Assembly: GCA_012518905.1 (NCBI GenBank) | Contig: JAAYRF010000006.1 | Coordinates: forward strand, 1 to 39,157 | Direction of reading: 5' to 3' | DNA: 39,157 nucleotides | DNA from: Bacillota bacterium | Lineage (GTDB): Bacteria; Bacillota; Limnochordia; DTU087 | Shown: one piece after another, positions 1 to 8,095 of the stretch | Position numbering within the stretch: position 1 is the stretch's first letter | Layout of the letters: each line of letters starts with the position of its first letter | Position numbers and translations under genes: made by a program | The notes under the pieces: generated by a model | Told to the model about the DNA's origin: nothing | The model's database searches: none | The model's input: only the letters and a program-made list of their open reading frames with translations

Positions 1-363
1 CAGGATACACTTGCAGTCCTTCGGGAATATGCCCCCCTACAGGGTGTGATGCACTGCTTCTCCGGTAGCTGGGAGACGGCTCAGATCTGCATAGACATGG
101 GCCTGCATATCGGTTTCGCTGGGCCTATCACATTTAAGAACGCTAGTCGCTTGCAGAAAGTAGTCACTCAAGTACCTTGGGAGAGATTGGTTGTGGAAAC
201 CGATTGCCCGTATCTTAGTCCAGAGCCCCTGCGGGGAAGACGCAATGAGCCCGCCAATTTGCAGTACATCTTGGAAAAGCTAGCGGAGATCAAAGAGGTT
301 ACCTACGAAGAAGCGGTGAAGATGACTACTTTGAACGCACGCCGGGTATTCAACCTCGAATAG
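1..363 (+). CDS. TatD-family metal-dependent hydrolase, C-terminal fragment (5' end lies outside the window)
   Basis: The frame is open from base 1. The translation (...HCFSGSWETAQICIDMGLHIGFAGPITFKN...ETDCPYLSPEPLRGRRNEP) matches the conserved TatD/YabD C-terminal motifs. Confidence 0.8.
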   Translation, partial: QDTLAVLREYAPLQGVMHCFSGSWETAQICIDMGLHIGFAGPITFKNASRLQKVVTQVPWERLVVETDCPYLSPEPLRGRRNEPANLQYILEKLAEIKEVTYEEAVKMTTLNARRVFNLE

Positions 364-376
364 CATCACCAAAACA

Positions 377-414
377 ATGGGGTGTTGCGGGCCAATAGCG
401 CTACACCCCATTTT
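377..414. terminator. Bidirectional intrinsic terminator between tatD and chrA
   Basis: A 9-bp stem pairs ATGGGGTGT (377-385) with ACACCCCAT (403-411). It is followed by TTTT on + and by TGTTTT on -. Confidence 0.6.
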
Positions 415-420
415 CCATGG

Positions 421-939
421 TTAGAAATTCAGCAAGATTCCGGCCATTCCACCTAGGAATATGAGTAGAATGGGACTGAGCTTAGTTCTCGTCATTAGTA
501 TGAAGGTGGCTATGGCCAAGAGTGCAGTTTTTGAATCGATTACAGCGGAAGGCAAGATGTAAAGAGCTGCAGAGACGATCAAGATCACGACGGCTACTTG
601 AATACCCGACATCAGTTTCCCGGTAATCTTGTGATCCCGATATCGGTTGAGGAAGTAGATCAAAACAAAGGTGAGAATCAAGGATGGGGAGATGACTGCC
701 AAAGTGGCAACGGCTGCTCCGAGGAGGCCGAAGAGGCGGTATCCAACAAAGGTGGCAGTGTTGATGGCGATGGGACCTGGTGTCATTTCGGAGATGGCTA
801 CCACATCAAGAAATTCCTGTAGGGTAAGCCAGCCCGATGCCACCAGTTCTCGCTGGAACAGAGGAATCATGGCGTATCCGCCGCCATATGCAACCAGCCC
901 AACCTTGAAAAAAGCTAAGTATAATGCTGCTAGGTTCAT
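421..939 (-). CDS. Chromate transporter (ChrA family, short half-size protein)
   Basis: The 172-aa hydrophobic protein contains FKVGLVAYGGGYAMIPL, the CHR-family signature. It is paired with a second half-size gene. Confidence 0.85.
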   Translation of the reverse strand: MNLAALYLAFFKVGLVAYGGGYAMIPLFQRELVASGWLTLQEFLDVVAISEMTPGPIAINTATFVGYRLFGLLGAAVATLAVISPSLILTFVLIYFLNRYRDHKITGKLMSGIQVAVVILIVSAALYILPSAVIDSKTALLAIATFILMTRTKLSPILLIFLGGMAGILLNF

Positions 940-1030
940 GTCAATCGGCGCCTTGCTTATTCCTTGCGGAAAGCAGGCAGCGCTTTCCCCCTTGTAGTCA
1001 TGTTTTATGGCAAGGTTTGATGCTTCATTA

Positions 1031-1618
1031 CTAGGCTAGTAAAAGGCCAGTGATTGCCGCCAAAAGAACAATGGCAATGGGATGGACATTAACACTAAAC
1101 ATAATTACCAGGCCGGCTGCAGCGGCTAACCACTTCCAGCGAGCATCGAGGGTCTGGCGGGCTATGCGCAGGGCTGTCGCCAAGATTAGACCAACTACTA
1201 CAGGTCGAACGCCATAGAAGAAACTGGACACAATCTCCCACTCATGGAAGTTATGAAATACAGCCGCAATAAGGGATATGATAATAAACGAAGGCAACGT
1301 GACCCCGGCCGCGGCTGCCAAGCCACCGGCAGCACCTCGCATCTTGTGCCCAGTGAAGAGTCCCATGTTGATGGCCACAGCCCCGGGAATCAGCTGGACA
1401 CTGGCAAAGCATTCTAGGAAGTCATTCGGCTGCATCCAGCCTTGTCTTTGCACTAGCTCCTGCTCGATGAGGGAGATCATGGCATATCCACCACCAAAGG
1501 TGAATGCCCCTATCTTGAAAAATGTCCAGAAAACCGACCAAAGACTGGGCTGAATTTTCCCCGTAGTGGAAGCAGCTTCTTGCGGTGTGTTAAGTACGGT
1601 TTTTACGTTTTGGGCCAT
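1031..1618 (-). CDS. Chromate transporter (ChrA family, short half-size protein)
   Basis: The 195-aa protein contains FKIGAFTFGGGYAMISL. An AAAGGAG RBS lies 7 nt upstream of the ATG. Confidence 0.85.
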   Translation of the reverse strand: MAQNVKTVLNTPQEAASTTGKIQPSLWSVFWTFFKIGAFTFGGGYAMISLIEQELVQRQGWMQPNDFLECFASVQLIPGAVAINMGLFTGHKMRGAAGGLAAAAGVTLPSFIIISLIAAVFHNFHEWEIVSSFFYGVRPVVVGLILATALRIARQTLDARWKWLAAAAGLVIMFSVNVHPIAIVLLAAITGLLLA

Positions 1619-1659
1619 TGAATTGCTCCTTTCTAGTGCCTTTGGTGGATGATGTTGCG

Positions 1660-2385
1660 TTAGTTCTGCTGTAGCTCTACTTTGTAACGGAAGCGGTCCC
1701 CTCTTACTACGGATCTACGAAATTCAACCGGCTGATTCTGCGGGGAAAATGAAATTCGCTCCACCAAGAAGACAGGTGTATCTTTTGGGATCTCCAAAAG
1801 AGCTGCTTCATCCGGTGTTGCAGTAACTGCCTGTAGGTATTCTTCTGCACGGGCAATGTAGATTCCGTAGGTTGTTTCAAGCAGATCATACAAACCTTCA
1901 AGATAGCTAAGCTCGGTCAATCCGGGGCATAGCGAACTGGGTAAGTAGGACGTTTCCAGCATGATAGGTTCTTCGTCTACGTGACGAAGCCGCTCAATAA
2001 CCATCACTAATCCCCCAGTTTCGAGGCCCAGCCGCTTGGCGAGCATCGAATCGGCATAAGTCTCGTCCCGGCGCAGGATCTTGGAGGAGACTCGATGAGG
2101 ACCCCCACCGAAACTCCGTGCTAGACTATAGAAGCGAAGGAGATCCTGTTCCAGCTTAGGCTTGGCAACCGTACTCCCAATGCCTTTACGAGTTATAACC
2201 CACCCTTCCCTTTGCAGCTCTGCTAAGGCACGGCGAACGGTAGCCCGGCTCACTTGACATGTCTCAGCCAGTTGACTCTCTGAGGGCAAGAGTTCGCCAT
2301 CGGTCCACCTGCCCTGTAATATCTGATCCAAGAGGGTAGTTTTGATCTGGTAGTATAGTGGCACAGGACTGGATGGATCAAGCAT
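1660..2385 (-). CDS. GntR-family (HutC/UTRA-type) transcriptional regulator
   Basis: The N-terminus has a winged HTH (PLYYQIK...LPSESQLAETCQVSRATVRRAL) and the C-terminus looks like a UTRA effector domain. The RBS is AGGAGGTG. Confidence 0.85.
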   Translation of the reverse strand: MLDPSSPVPLYYQIKTTLLDQILQGRWTDGELLPSESQLAETCQVSRATVRRALAELQREGWVITRKGIGSTVAKPKLEQDLLRFYSLARSFGGGPHRVSSKILRRDETYADSMLAKRLGLETGGLVMVIERLRHVDEEPIMLETSYLPSSLCPGLTELSYLEGLYDLLETTYGIYIARAEEYLQAVTATPDEAALLEIPKDTPVFLVERISFSPQNQPVEFRRSVVRGDRFRYKVELQQN

Positions 2386-2416
2386 TGTCCCACCTCCTAC
2401 GAGTGGCTACTGCCCG

Positions 2417-2440
2417 ACCTGTATACATGTGCATACAGGT
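2417..2440. promoter_or_regulatory. Inverted repeat ACCTGTAT-N8-ATACAGGT, candidate operator for the adjacent GntR regulator
   Basis: The repeat has perfect 8-bp arms and lies about 30 bp upstream of the gntR start. It contains a GTATAC core, as in HutC-family GT-N-TA-N-AC sites. No T-run follows it, so it is unlikely to be a terminator. Confidence 0.4.
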
Positions 2441-2535
2441 TGCGTCCTCAGCTTAGCAGAAATGGTTATAGCCGTCAACCGATAAGGGAGTTACCCCATC
2501 GTATGCGTCCATTCGGCCAAAGCGCAAGCCGGCAC

Positions 2536-3060
2536 CTAAATAATGCTATCTTCGTCGGTGGCTAGGAGGCCTCGATGGGCTAGGGCCTGACGAGCTTCTT
2601 CCAGGTCTTCTAACCTTGCATACTCAACGGAATGCAAATGTACGCCATCAGTTAACGATGAGAGTAGGGTTGCTTCCTCCTTTGCTAGTGCTTCTATGAA
2701 ACGTTTCACGTCTTGTCTAGACCTCATCATTAAGCATCCCCGCAGTTCGCCGTAGAGAGGATGCTCTACGATGACATCCAGCACCTTGAGACCATGATCT
2801 ACCATGATGTTGAGTTCATCTTCGGTATCCTGCGCCTGGTGTTTGACAGCTAGGACGGCTTGATTGGCGGCTTCTCCTTGGGGAAGAAGATACCCTTGAG
2901 GAGTAGCCATTATGTCATACCCCTTGGCCCTTAGAATGGCTACATCCTGCACGATAACCTGGCGGCTGACACCTAGATCCTTCGCTAGATCAGAACCGCT
3001 CATTGGCGTGGAGGTTGTTGACAGCTTCTGAAGAATGTTTTCCCGGCGTTTCCCGCTCAT
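2536..3060 (-). CDS. niaR: Transcription repressor NiaR/NadR (HTH plus 3H domain)
   Basis: The 174-aa protein shows HTH and 3H-domain features (MSGSDLAKDLGVSRQVIVQDVAILRAKGYDI...HPLYGEL...). It is the last gene of the nadC-nadA operon. Confidence 0.85.
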   Translation of the reverse strand: MSGKRRENILQKLSTTSTPMSGSDLAKDLGVSRQVIVQDVAILRAKGYDIMATPQGYLLPQGEAANQAVLAVKHQAQDTEDELNIMVDHGLKVLDVIVEHPLYGELRGCLMMRSRQDVKRFIEALAKEEATLLSSLTDGVHLHSVEYARLEDLEEARQALAHRGLLATDEDSII

Positions 3061-3072
3061 AAAGTCATCACC

Positions 3073-4167
3073 CTAAGAGCCTATTTTGAGCATTCGCTCG
3101 ATGGCTACCCGTGCCCACTGGGCAATCTCGTTATCAACAGTGATTTGATTTCTGATCTCGCCAGCAAGCAAACCTTCCAAGCACCATAAAAGGGTGACAG
3201 GAGTGGTTTTCATCATATCGGAGCATGGCTCTACCCGCTCGTCCAGTGACCGAATATTCTTCTCTGAATGCTCTTTGCCCAATCGCCTAACTAGATTGAT
3301 CTCCGTACCGATTGCCCAAGAAGAGCCAGGGGAGGCGGCTCGTATACGTCCAATGATACCTTCCGTAGAGCCACTATCGTCAGCTTCTTTGGCGGTGTCA
3401 TGGGGACATTCCGGGTGCACTATGATTTGGATACCAGGGTGTTCTTGCCTAAGCTTGTAGATTTGGTTGGGGTTGAATTTTGCATGTATTGGGCAATAGC
3501 CATTCCACAAAATGAGCTCCGGATCGGAAGAGCCCAACAGCTCTTGTCGGTGGCGATCCCAAACAGACATAGCCTCAAGGGAAATGCCCACCAGCCTGCC
3601 GGTGTTGCGGCCCAAGTGTTCGTCAGGTAGAAAGAGTATTCTCTTACCTTGGGCTAAGGCCCAGCGAAAGATTCTCACAGCACTAGACGAAGTGCAGGTT
3701 AACCCGCCGTGTTTACCACAGAAGGCTTTGACTTCAGCAGAAGAATTGACATACGTGATGGGGATAAACTCCTGGTTGAAGCGGCTTTGTATTACTTCCC
3801 AACACTCTCGGACTTGCTGGGCGTTGGCCATATCTGCCATCATGCAACCTGCTCCGGGCTCTGGCAAGATAACAGTCTGCTGGGCGGAGGTGATTATGTC
3901 TGCCGTTTCGGCCATGAATCTTACTCCAAGGAAGACGATGTAGTGGGCTATCTTGTTTTCCGCAGCGTGTCGGGCAAGGAGGAAAGAATCACCCCTGAGA
4001 TCGGCGAATTCGATGACACTGTCGTGTTGGTAATGATGACCAAGAATGAGTAGTTTTGCACCCAGCTGTTTGCGAATAGTTTGTATACGGGCACGCAGAA
4101 CCTCTGGCCGCAATCTGGGACTGGACGATATGCTTGAAGAGCCATGGGCTACTGTATCACGAGCCAT
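3073..4167 (-). CDS. nadA: Quinolinate synthase NadA
   Basis: Bacillus-type NadA motifs are present (ILGHHYQ, FMAETADI, HPECP). I moved the start to the ATG at 4167 because AAGGAGA (4174-4180) sits just upstream and the longer ORF would overlap nadC. Confidence 0.9.
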   Translation of the reverse strand: MARDTVAHGSSSISSSPRLRPEVLRARIQTIRKQLGAKLLILGHHYQHDSVIEFADLRGDSFLLARHAAENKIAHYIVFLGVRFMAETADIITSAQQTVILPEPGAGCMMADMANAQQVRECWEVIQSRFNQEFIPITYVNSSAEVKAFCGKHGGLTCTSSSAVRIFRWALAQGKRILFLPDEHLGRNTGRLVGISLEAMSVWDRHRQELLGSSDPELILWNGYCPIHAKFNPNQIYKLRQEHPGIQIIVHPECPHDTAKEADDSGSTEGIIGRIRAASPGSSWAIGTEINLVRRLGKEHSEKNIRSLDERVEPCSDMMKTTPVTLLWCLEGLLAGEIRNQITVDNEIAQWARVAIERMLKIGS

Positions 4168-4181
4168 ATTCATTCTCCTTA

Positions 4182-5009
4182 TCAATGGGCTTGTAGTTCC
4201 AGGCTGATATCCAAAGGAAGGGCGGAATGGGTAACCCAACCGAGGGATATGACATCAACGCCGGTGGCGGCTACCAGGGAAACTTGTTTGGGAGTTATGC
4301 CGCCTGAGGCTTCGACAATGGCTCTCCCCTTGATTATGTCTACAGCCTCGCTCATTGTGCCTGGATCCATATTATCTAACATAATAACATCAGCCTCCGC
4401 GGCCACTGCCTCCCTGACCTGTGCAAGATTTTCTACTTCCACTTCTACTCTCACCATGTGACCTACACGCTCTTGGGCCAGCTTAACGGCTTTTTCCACG
4501 CTACCGGCTATTTCAATGTGATTATCCTTGATGAGGACTCCGTCATCTAGACCAAAGCGGTGGTTTTTACCGCCCCCCACACGCACAGCATATTTTTCCA
4601 ATGCGCGGAGTCCTGGAGTGGTCTTTCTGGTATCGGTGATGGTGGCATTAAAGGGTTTTGCCGCCTCAACTGCTTCTTGTGTAGCCGTAGCGATGCCAGA
4701 GAGTCTTTGTAGCAGGTTGAGAGCTACCCGCTCACCCGCAAGTATGCTGCGGGCGTTGCCGGTTACTGTGGCTATCACATCCCCCTTATGGACTCTGTCC
4801 CCATCTTGTTTTAGTGGGGTGAAAACTATGTTTGGATCGACTAGGCACAGAACTTGCTGAGCCATGGGCAAACCAGCTAATACTCCCGTGGACTTGCTGA
4901 TGAAACTTGCTTTTCCCACAGAATCCCGGGGAACAATGGCATCGCTTGTTACATCACCTCTGCCCAAGTCCTCCTCCAGTGCCTGGCGCAAGATCTTCTT
5001 TATTAGCAT
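4182..5009 (-). CDS. nadC: Nicotinate-nucleotide diphosphorylase (carboxylating), NadC
   Basis: The protein shows the QPRTase signature (LEEDLGRGDVTS...TRKTTPGLR...DNHI). I chose the ATG at 5009, 5 nt after AGAGGTG. The GTG at 5015 in the ORF track lies inside that RBS. Confidence 0.9.
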   Translation of the reverse strand: MLIKKILRQALEEDLGRGDVTSDAIVPRDSVGKASFISKSTGVLAGLPMAQQVLCLVDPNIVFTPLKQDGDRVHKGDVIATVTGNARSILAGERVALNLLQRLSGIATATQEAVEAAKPFNATITDTRKTTPGLRALEKYAVRVGGGKNHRFGLDDGVLIKDNHIEIAGSVEKAVKLAQERVGHMVRVEVEVENLAQVREAVAAEADVIMLDNMDPGTMSEAVDIIKGRAIVEASGGITPKQVSLVAATGVDVISLGWVTHSALPLDISLELQAH

Positions 5010-5165
5010 TGCCACACCTCTTTTGTGATAGAGCGGGTATGCATCACCTCTGAAAGATAAGTGAACCTAGCTGCATCTCCGCCGATGATATGCAGGGCCA
5101 TTCACCCTCTTGAGACTCGCCTCATTTTGGCGTGCCCTTGCCTGGACCAACATCCTGTCCACTTC

Positions 5166-5194
5166 ATTATCTGTCTATACAGCTGTCTTGTCAA
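5166..5194 (-). promoter_or_regulatory. Candidate sigma-A promoter of nadC-nadA-niaR, with AGACA direct repeats in the spacer
   Basis: On the - strand the sequence reads TTGACA-17 nt-GATAAT. The spacer, AGACAGCTGTATAGACA, carries two AGACA copies and a central ACAGCTGT palindrome. Confidence 0.45.
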
Positions 5195-5227
5195 CACAAA
5201 ATCATGTGACCCTCTTGGAAGTGACTC

Positions 5228-5256
5228 TTGATTTTAAAAGGCGATCCGGATATAAT
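5228..5256 (+). promoter_or_regulatory. Sigma-A promoter for the tRNA-Gly/tRNA-Thr pair
   Basis: TTGATT-17 nt-TATAAT, ending 12 nt before the tRNA-Gly 5' end. Confidence 0.55.
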
Positions 5257-5267
5257 GAAAGACACAA

Positions 5268-5342
5268 GCGGATGTGGCCTAGTGGTATGGCATCGGCTTC
5301 CCAAGCCGAGGATCGCGGGTTCGAATCCCGTCATCCGCTCCA
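5268..5342 (+). tRNA. tRNA-Gly (anticodon CCC)
   Basis: The cloverleaf was folded by hand. The acceptor stem pairs GCGGATG with CATCCGC, the anticodon stem pairs TCGGC with GCCGA around the loop TTCCCAA, the T-loop is GGTTCGAATCC, and CCA is encoded. Confidence 0.9.
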
Positions 5343-5349
5343 TTTTTAT

Positions 5350-5425
5350 GCCGGCGTAGCTCAATCGGCAGAGCGACGCATTCGTAATGCGTAGGTTAGC
5401 GGTTCAATTCCGCTCGCCGGCTCCA
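5350..5425 (+). tRNA. tRNA-Thr (anticodon CGU)
   Basis: The acceptor stem pairs GCCGGCG with CGCCGGC, the anticodon loop is TTCGTAA, the T-loop is GGTTCAATTCC, and CCA is encoded. Confidence 0.9.
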
Positions 5426-5476
5426 AGGGACTCCGTAACCAGGTGCTGGTGCGGAGTTTGTCAATTTGTGGGAAAC

Positions 5477-5518
5477 AAGGAGAGCCCTTCGGAGGTGAAT
5501 TCCGAAGGGCTCTCCTTG
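5477..5518. terminator. Bidirectional terminator hairpin between convergent tRNA genes
   Basis: An 18-bp perfect stem pairs CAAGGAGAGCCCTTCGGA with TCCGAAGGGCTCTCCTTG across a 6-nt loop. Confidence 0.65.
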
Positions 5519-5522
5519 TTGA

Positions 5523-5599
5523 TGGTGGTCGCATCTGGACTCGAACCAGAGGCCTCTACGATGTGAGCGTAGCGCTCTAACCGACTGAGCTATGCGACC
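5523..5599 (-). tRNA. tRNA-Val (anticodon CAC)
   Basis: The reverse complement folds as GGTCGCA...anticodon stem CTACG/CGTAG with loop CTCACAT...GGTTCGAGTCC...TGCGACC-A-CCA. Confidence 0.9.
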
Positions 5600-5617
5600 A
5601 AGAAGATCTGCAATACT

Positions 5618-5646
5618 ATTATATCGCGACCTAGCTGTGGTGTAAA
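5618..5646 (-). promoter_or_regulatory. Sigma-A promoter for tRNA-Val
   Basis: On the - strand the sequence reads TTTACA-17 nt-TATAAT, ending about 18 nt upstream of the tRNA 5' end. Confidence 0.5.
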
Positions 5647-5935
5647 GAACGATTTGATAGAACAAAAAAGTGAATTATTTACCATTCCCCGAAATGTATA
5701 GTCGATGTATGGGTGAGATAGATTACAGATAGAGGTCGGCAATGTCTTTCGGACCTGATTCGAAACTCAGAGTAGTTCGAGCCACTCTACCCGAACGTCC
5801 TTTTCTCGGCAAGTGGCAGACTCGTCCAGAGTCTATCAGCCCCAAAGACCCCTTGTCGACCTTTTGTGTTTGAGACTTGAGCTAAAAGCCGTTTATTGAG
5901 CGGCGGGGCAACTAAGCTATGGGAGGAGACAGGCT

Positions 5936-6646
5936 TTGGGTATTAGCACGGCCATTGCTCGGACGTTGATTTTCTATGCCATTTTGCTTCTTCTGTTGCG
6001 GATCATGGGTAAGCGAGAGATTGGCTCCCTTTCTCCTTTTGATTTGGTGGTTACCATCATGATTGCTGAATTGGCAGCACTGCCTATGGAAAACCCGGAT
6101 ATTGGTCTTCTAAATGCTCTTGTACCTATACTTACTTTGACCTTAGCTGAGATAACAGTCTCTTATCTGACATTAAAGAGCGAATCATTGCGTCTCTTGC
6201 TTACTGGAGCCCCCAGCATTATAATCCGGGGTGGAGAGATCATCGAAAGCGAAATGCGCCGGGTGCGCTATAACTTAAGTGATCTAATGCTGCAATTGCG
6301 CCTCAAAGGTGTCAGCAATATTGCCGATGTGGAGGCAGCCATTCTGGAAACCAACGGTGAACTGAGTGTGATTCTCAAATCCCAATATAGGCCTGTTATC
6401 CCAGCTGACCTCGGTATAGAAACCGAATATGAAGGTTTGCCTTTGATCATTATCATGGATGGGCAAATAAACAGAGTGAATCTCAAACAGGCAGGATTAG
6501 ATGATGTGTGGCTAGAAGCTCGACTCCAGGAGCGGGGCATTGATTCTGTAGGGGACGTACTATTAGCTAGTCTAGATACGTTGGGGAGGCTGTTTGTACA
6601 GAGGAAAGACCGGTCTAGGAGGAAAAAACGTGCGGACATTCTATGA
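5936..6646 (+). CDS. DUF421 (YetF/YrbG-like) membrane protein
   Basis: The N-terminal transmembrane region reads LRIMGKREIGSLSPFDLVVTIMIAE, as is typical of DUF421. The start is TTG, 6 nt after GGGAGGAG. Confidence 0.75.
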   Translation: MGISTAIARTLIFYAILLLLLRIMGKREIGSLSPFDLVVTIMIAELAALPMENPDIGLLNALVPILTLTLAEITVSYLTLKSESLRLLLTGAPSIIIRGGEIIESEMRRVRYNLSDLMLQLRLKGVSNIADVEAAILETNGELSVILKSQYRPVIPADLGIETEYEGLPLIIIMDGQINRVNLKQAGLDDVWLEARLQERGIDSVGDVLLASLDTLGRLFVQRKDRSRRKKRADIL

Positions 6647-8048
6647 TGTAGTAATAGTTGGTGCCGGGCCTGCCGGCATTTTTGCCGCTATGGAGTTGGC
6701 TCGCAGTCACGTGGACTTATCTGTTCTTCTAATAGATAAGGGTAGGTCTTTGAGCAAAAGAATTTGTCCAGCCCGCAAGACAGGAGTCTGCGCCTCATGC
6801 GATCCATGCGCTATCACCAGCGGCTTTTCTGGTGGAGGAGCTTTTAGTGATGGCAAGCTCAGCCTAGCCTCGAGTGTTGGCGGCCGGCTGACCGACTACT
6901 TACCTGAAAAGACCGTGCAGCGGCTTATCGACTATGCTGATGATATTTATCAGGAATTTGGAGCCCCCAACACAGTCTATGGACTTAACGAGGGAGCCGT
7001 GGAGGATATTACGTATGAAGCCTCCAAGTTCAACATTCAGCTAGTCCCCTGTCCCGTTCGGCATCTAGGGACGGATGCTTCTTTCGTAGTTTTGCAAGCC
7101 ATGTATGAGTATCTTGTATCCCAGCCAAACATCACGTTTCTAGAACTGACTACGGTGCTGAAGATCCTAAAGGAAAACGAGAGAGTCACGGGAGTCCGTC
7201 TCCAGCGGAAAGGGGATGCACCAATAGATATCAAGGCTCGCTATGTGATTGTGGCCCCTGGCCGGGGCGGTGCAGCCTGGCTGCTGGCAGAAAGCAGACG
7301 GCTAGGTTTGACTACTGAGAACAACGAAGTTGATATCGGCGTGCGGGTAGAGGTACCTAATGCCATCATGGATCACATTACTCGGGATCTGTACGAGGCG
7401 AAGCTAGTGTATTACTCCGACACCTTCGATAACAGGGTTCGTACATTCTGTATGAATCCCGGTGGAGTTGTGTCAGAGGAGCGCTACGAGGGAGATCTTG
7501 CCGTAGTTAACGGCCATAGCTATAACGATCCAGAGTTGAGAACAAACAACACTAATTTCGCCCTTTTAGTATCTACTCGGTTTACCGAGCCCTTCAATGA
7601 GCCTATCGAATACGGCAAATACGTTGCTCGGCTGGCAAATATGCTAACTGGTGGCGGTGTCATGGTTCAGCGCTTGGGTGACCTTCTAAAAGGTCGCCGA
7701 ACTGATGAGGACAGACTCAAGAAGTCTACGACCATACCGACTCTGTCCAGTGCAGTGCCAGGAGATCTGAGTTATGCTTTACCCCATCGTTACTTGATGT
7801 CTATTGTTGAGACATTAAGGGCGTTAGAAAACATAATACCAGGCATCTACTCCAGGAATACGCTTCTTTATGGGGTTGAAGTCAAATTCTACTCGGCCAA
7901 AATCGATGTTCAGCCCCATATGGAAACGGAGATCCCTGGATTATACGCCATTGGAGACGGAGCAGGTATCACCAGAGGGCTGATGCAAGCTTCTGCCAGC
8001 GGTGTGATCGTGGCCCGAAATATTCTGGGATTACCGTTACCGGCGTAA
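6630..8048 (+). CDS. NAD(P)/FAD-dependent oxidoreductase (COG2509-type FAD-dependent protein)
   Basis: A dinucleotide-binding motif (DVVIVGAGPAGIFAA) sits at the N-terminus and GDGAG at the C-terminus. I chose the GTG at 6630, after AGGAGG, rather than the ORF-track start at 6594. Confidence 0.8.
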   Translation: MRTFYDVVIVGAGPAGIFAAMELARSHVDLSVLLIDKGRSLSKRICPARKTGVCASCDPCAITSGFSGGGAFSDGKLSLASSVGGRLTDYLPEKTVQRLIDYADDIYQEFGAPNTVYGLNEGAVEDITYEASKFNIQLVPCPVRHLGTDASFVVLQAMYEYLVSQPNITFLELTTVLKILKENERVTGVRLQRKGDAPIDIKARYVIVAPGRGGAAWLLAESRRLGLTTENNEVDIGVRVEVPNAIMDHITRDLYEAKLVYYSDTFDNRVRTFCMNPGGVVSEERYEGDLAVVNGHSYNDPELRTNNTNFALLVSTRFTEPFNEPIEYGKYVARLANMLTGGGVMVQRLGDLLKGRRTDEDRLKKSTTIPTLSSAVPGDLSYALPHRYLMSIVETLRALENIIPGIYSRNTLLYGVEVKFYSAKIDVQPHMETEIPGLYAIGDGAGITRGLMQASASGVIVARNILGLPLPA

Positions 8049-8095
8049 GCAGAGAGCATGCTCCTGAGGGCTTGAGCTCTTTAGTCTCCGGGAAG

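Noticed and set aside
5010-5165. An NAD+-sensing riboswitch (nadA motif) in the nad operon leader.
   Set aside because: There are no tandem ACANCCCC-type bulged stems. The leader has only generic hairpins, and regulation is more simply explained by the co-encoded NiaR.
5110-5665. ORFs 5110..5394 (+) and 5396..5665 (-).
   Set aside because: They are read straight through three well-formed tRNA genes and a terminator hairpin, so they are artefacts of ORF calling.
5650-5935. The long leader of the DUF421 gene as a riboswitch. It contains several hairpins and a possible closing helix, AGAGGTCG (5731-5738) with CGACCTTT (5856-5863).
   Set aside because: I recognised no conserved riboswitch core. 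Pairings of this size are expected by chance in 300 nt. It is retained only as a low-priority candidate for comparative analysis.
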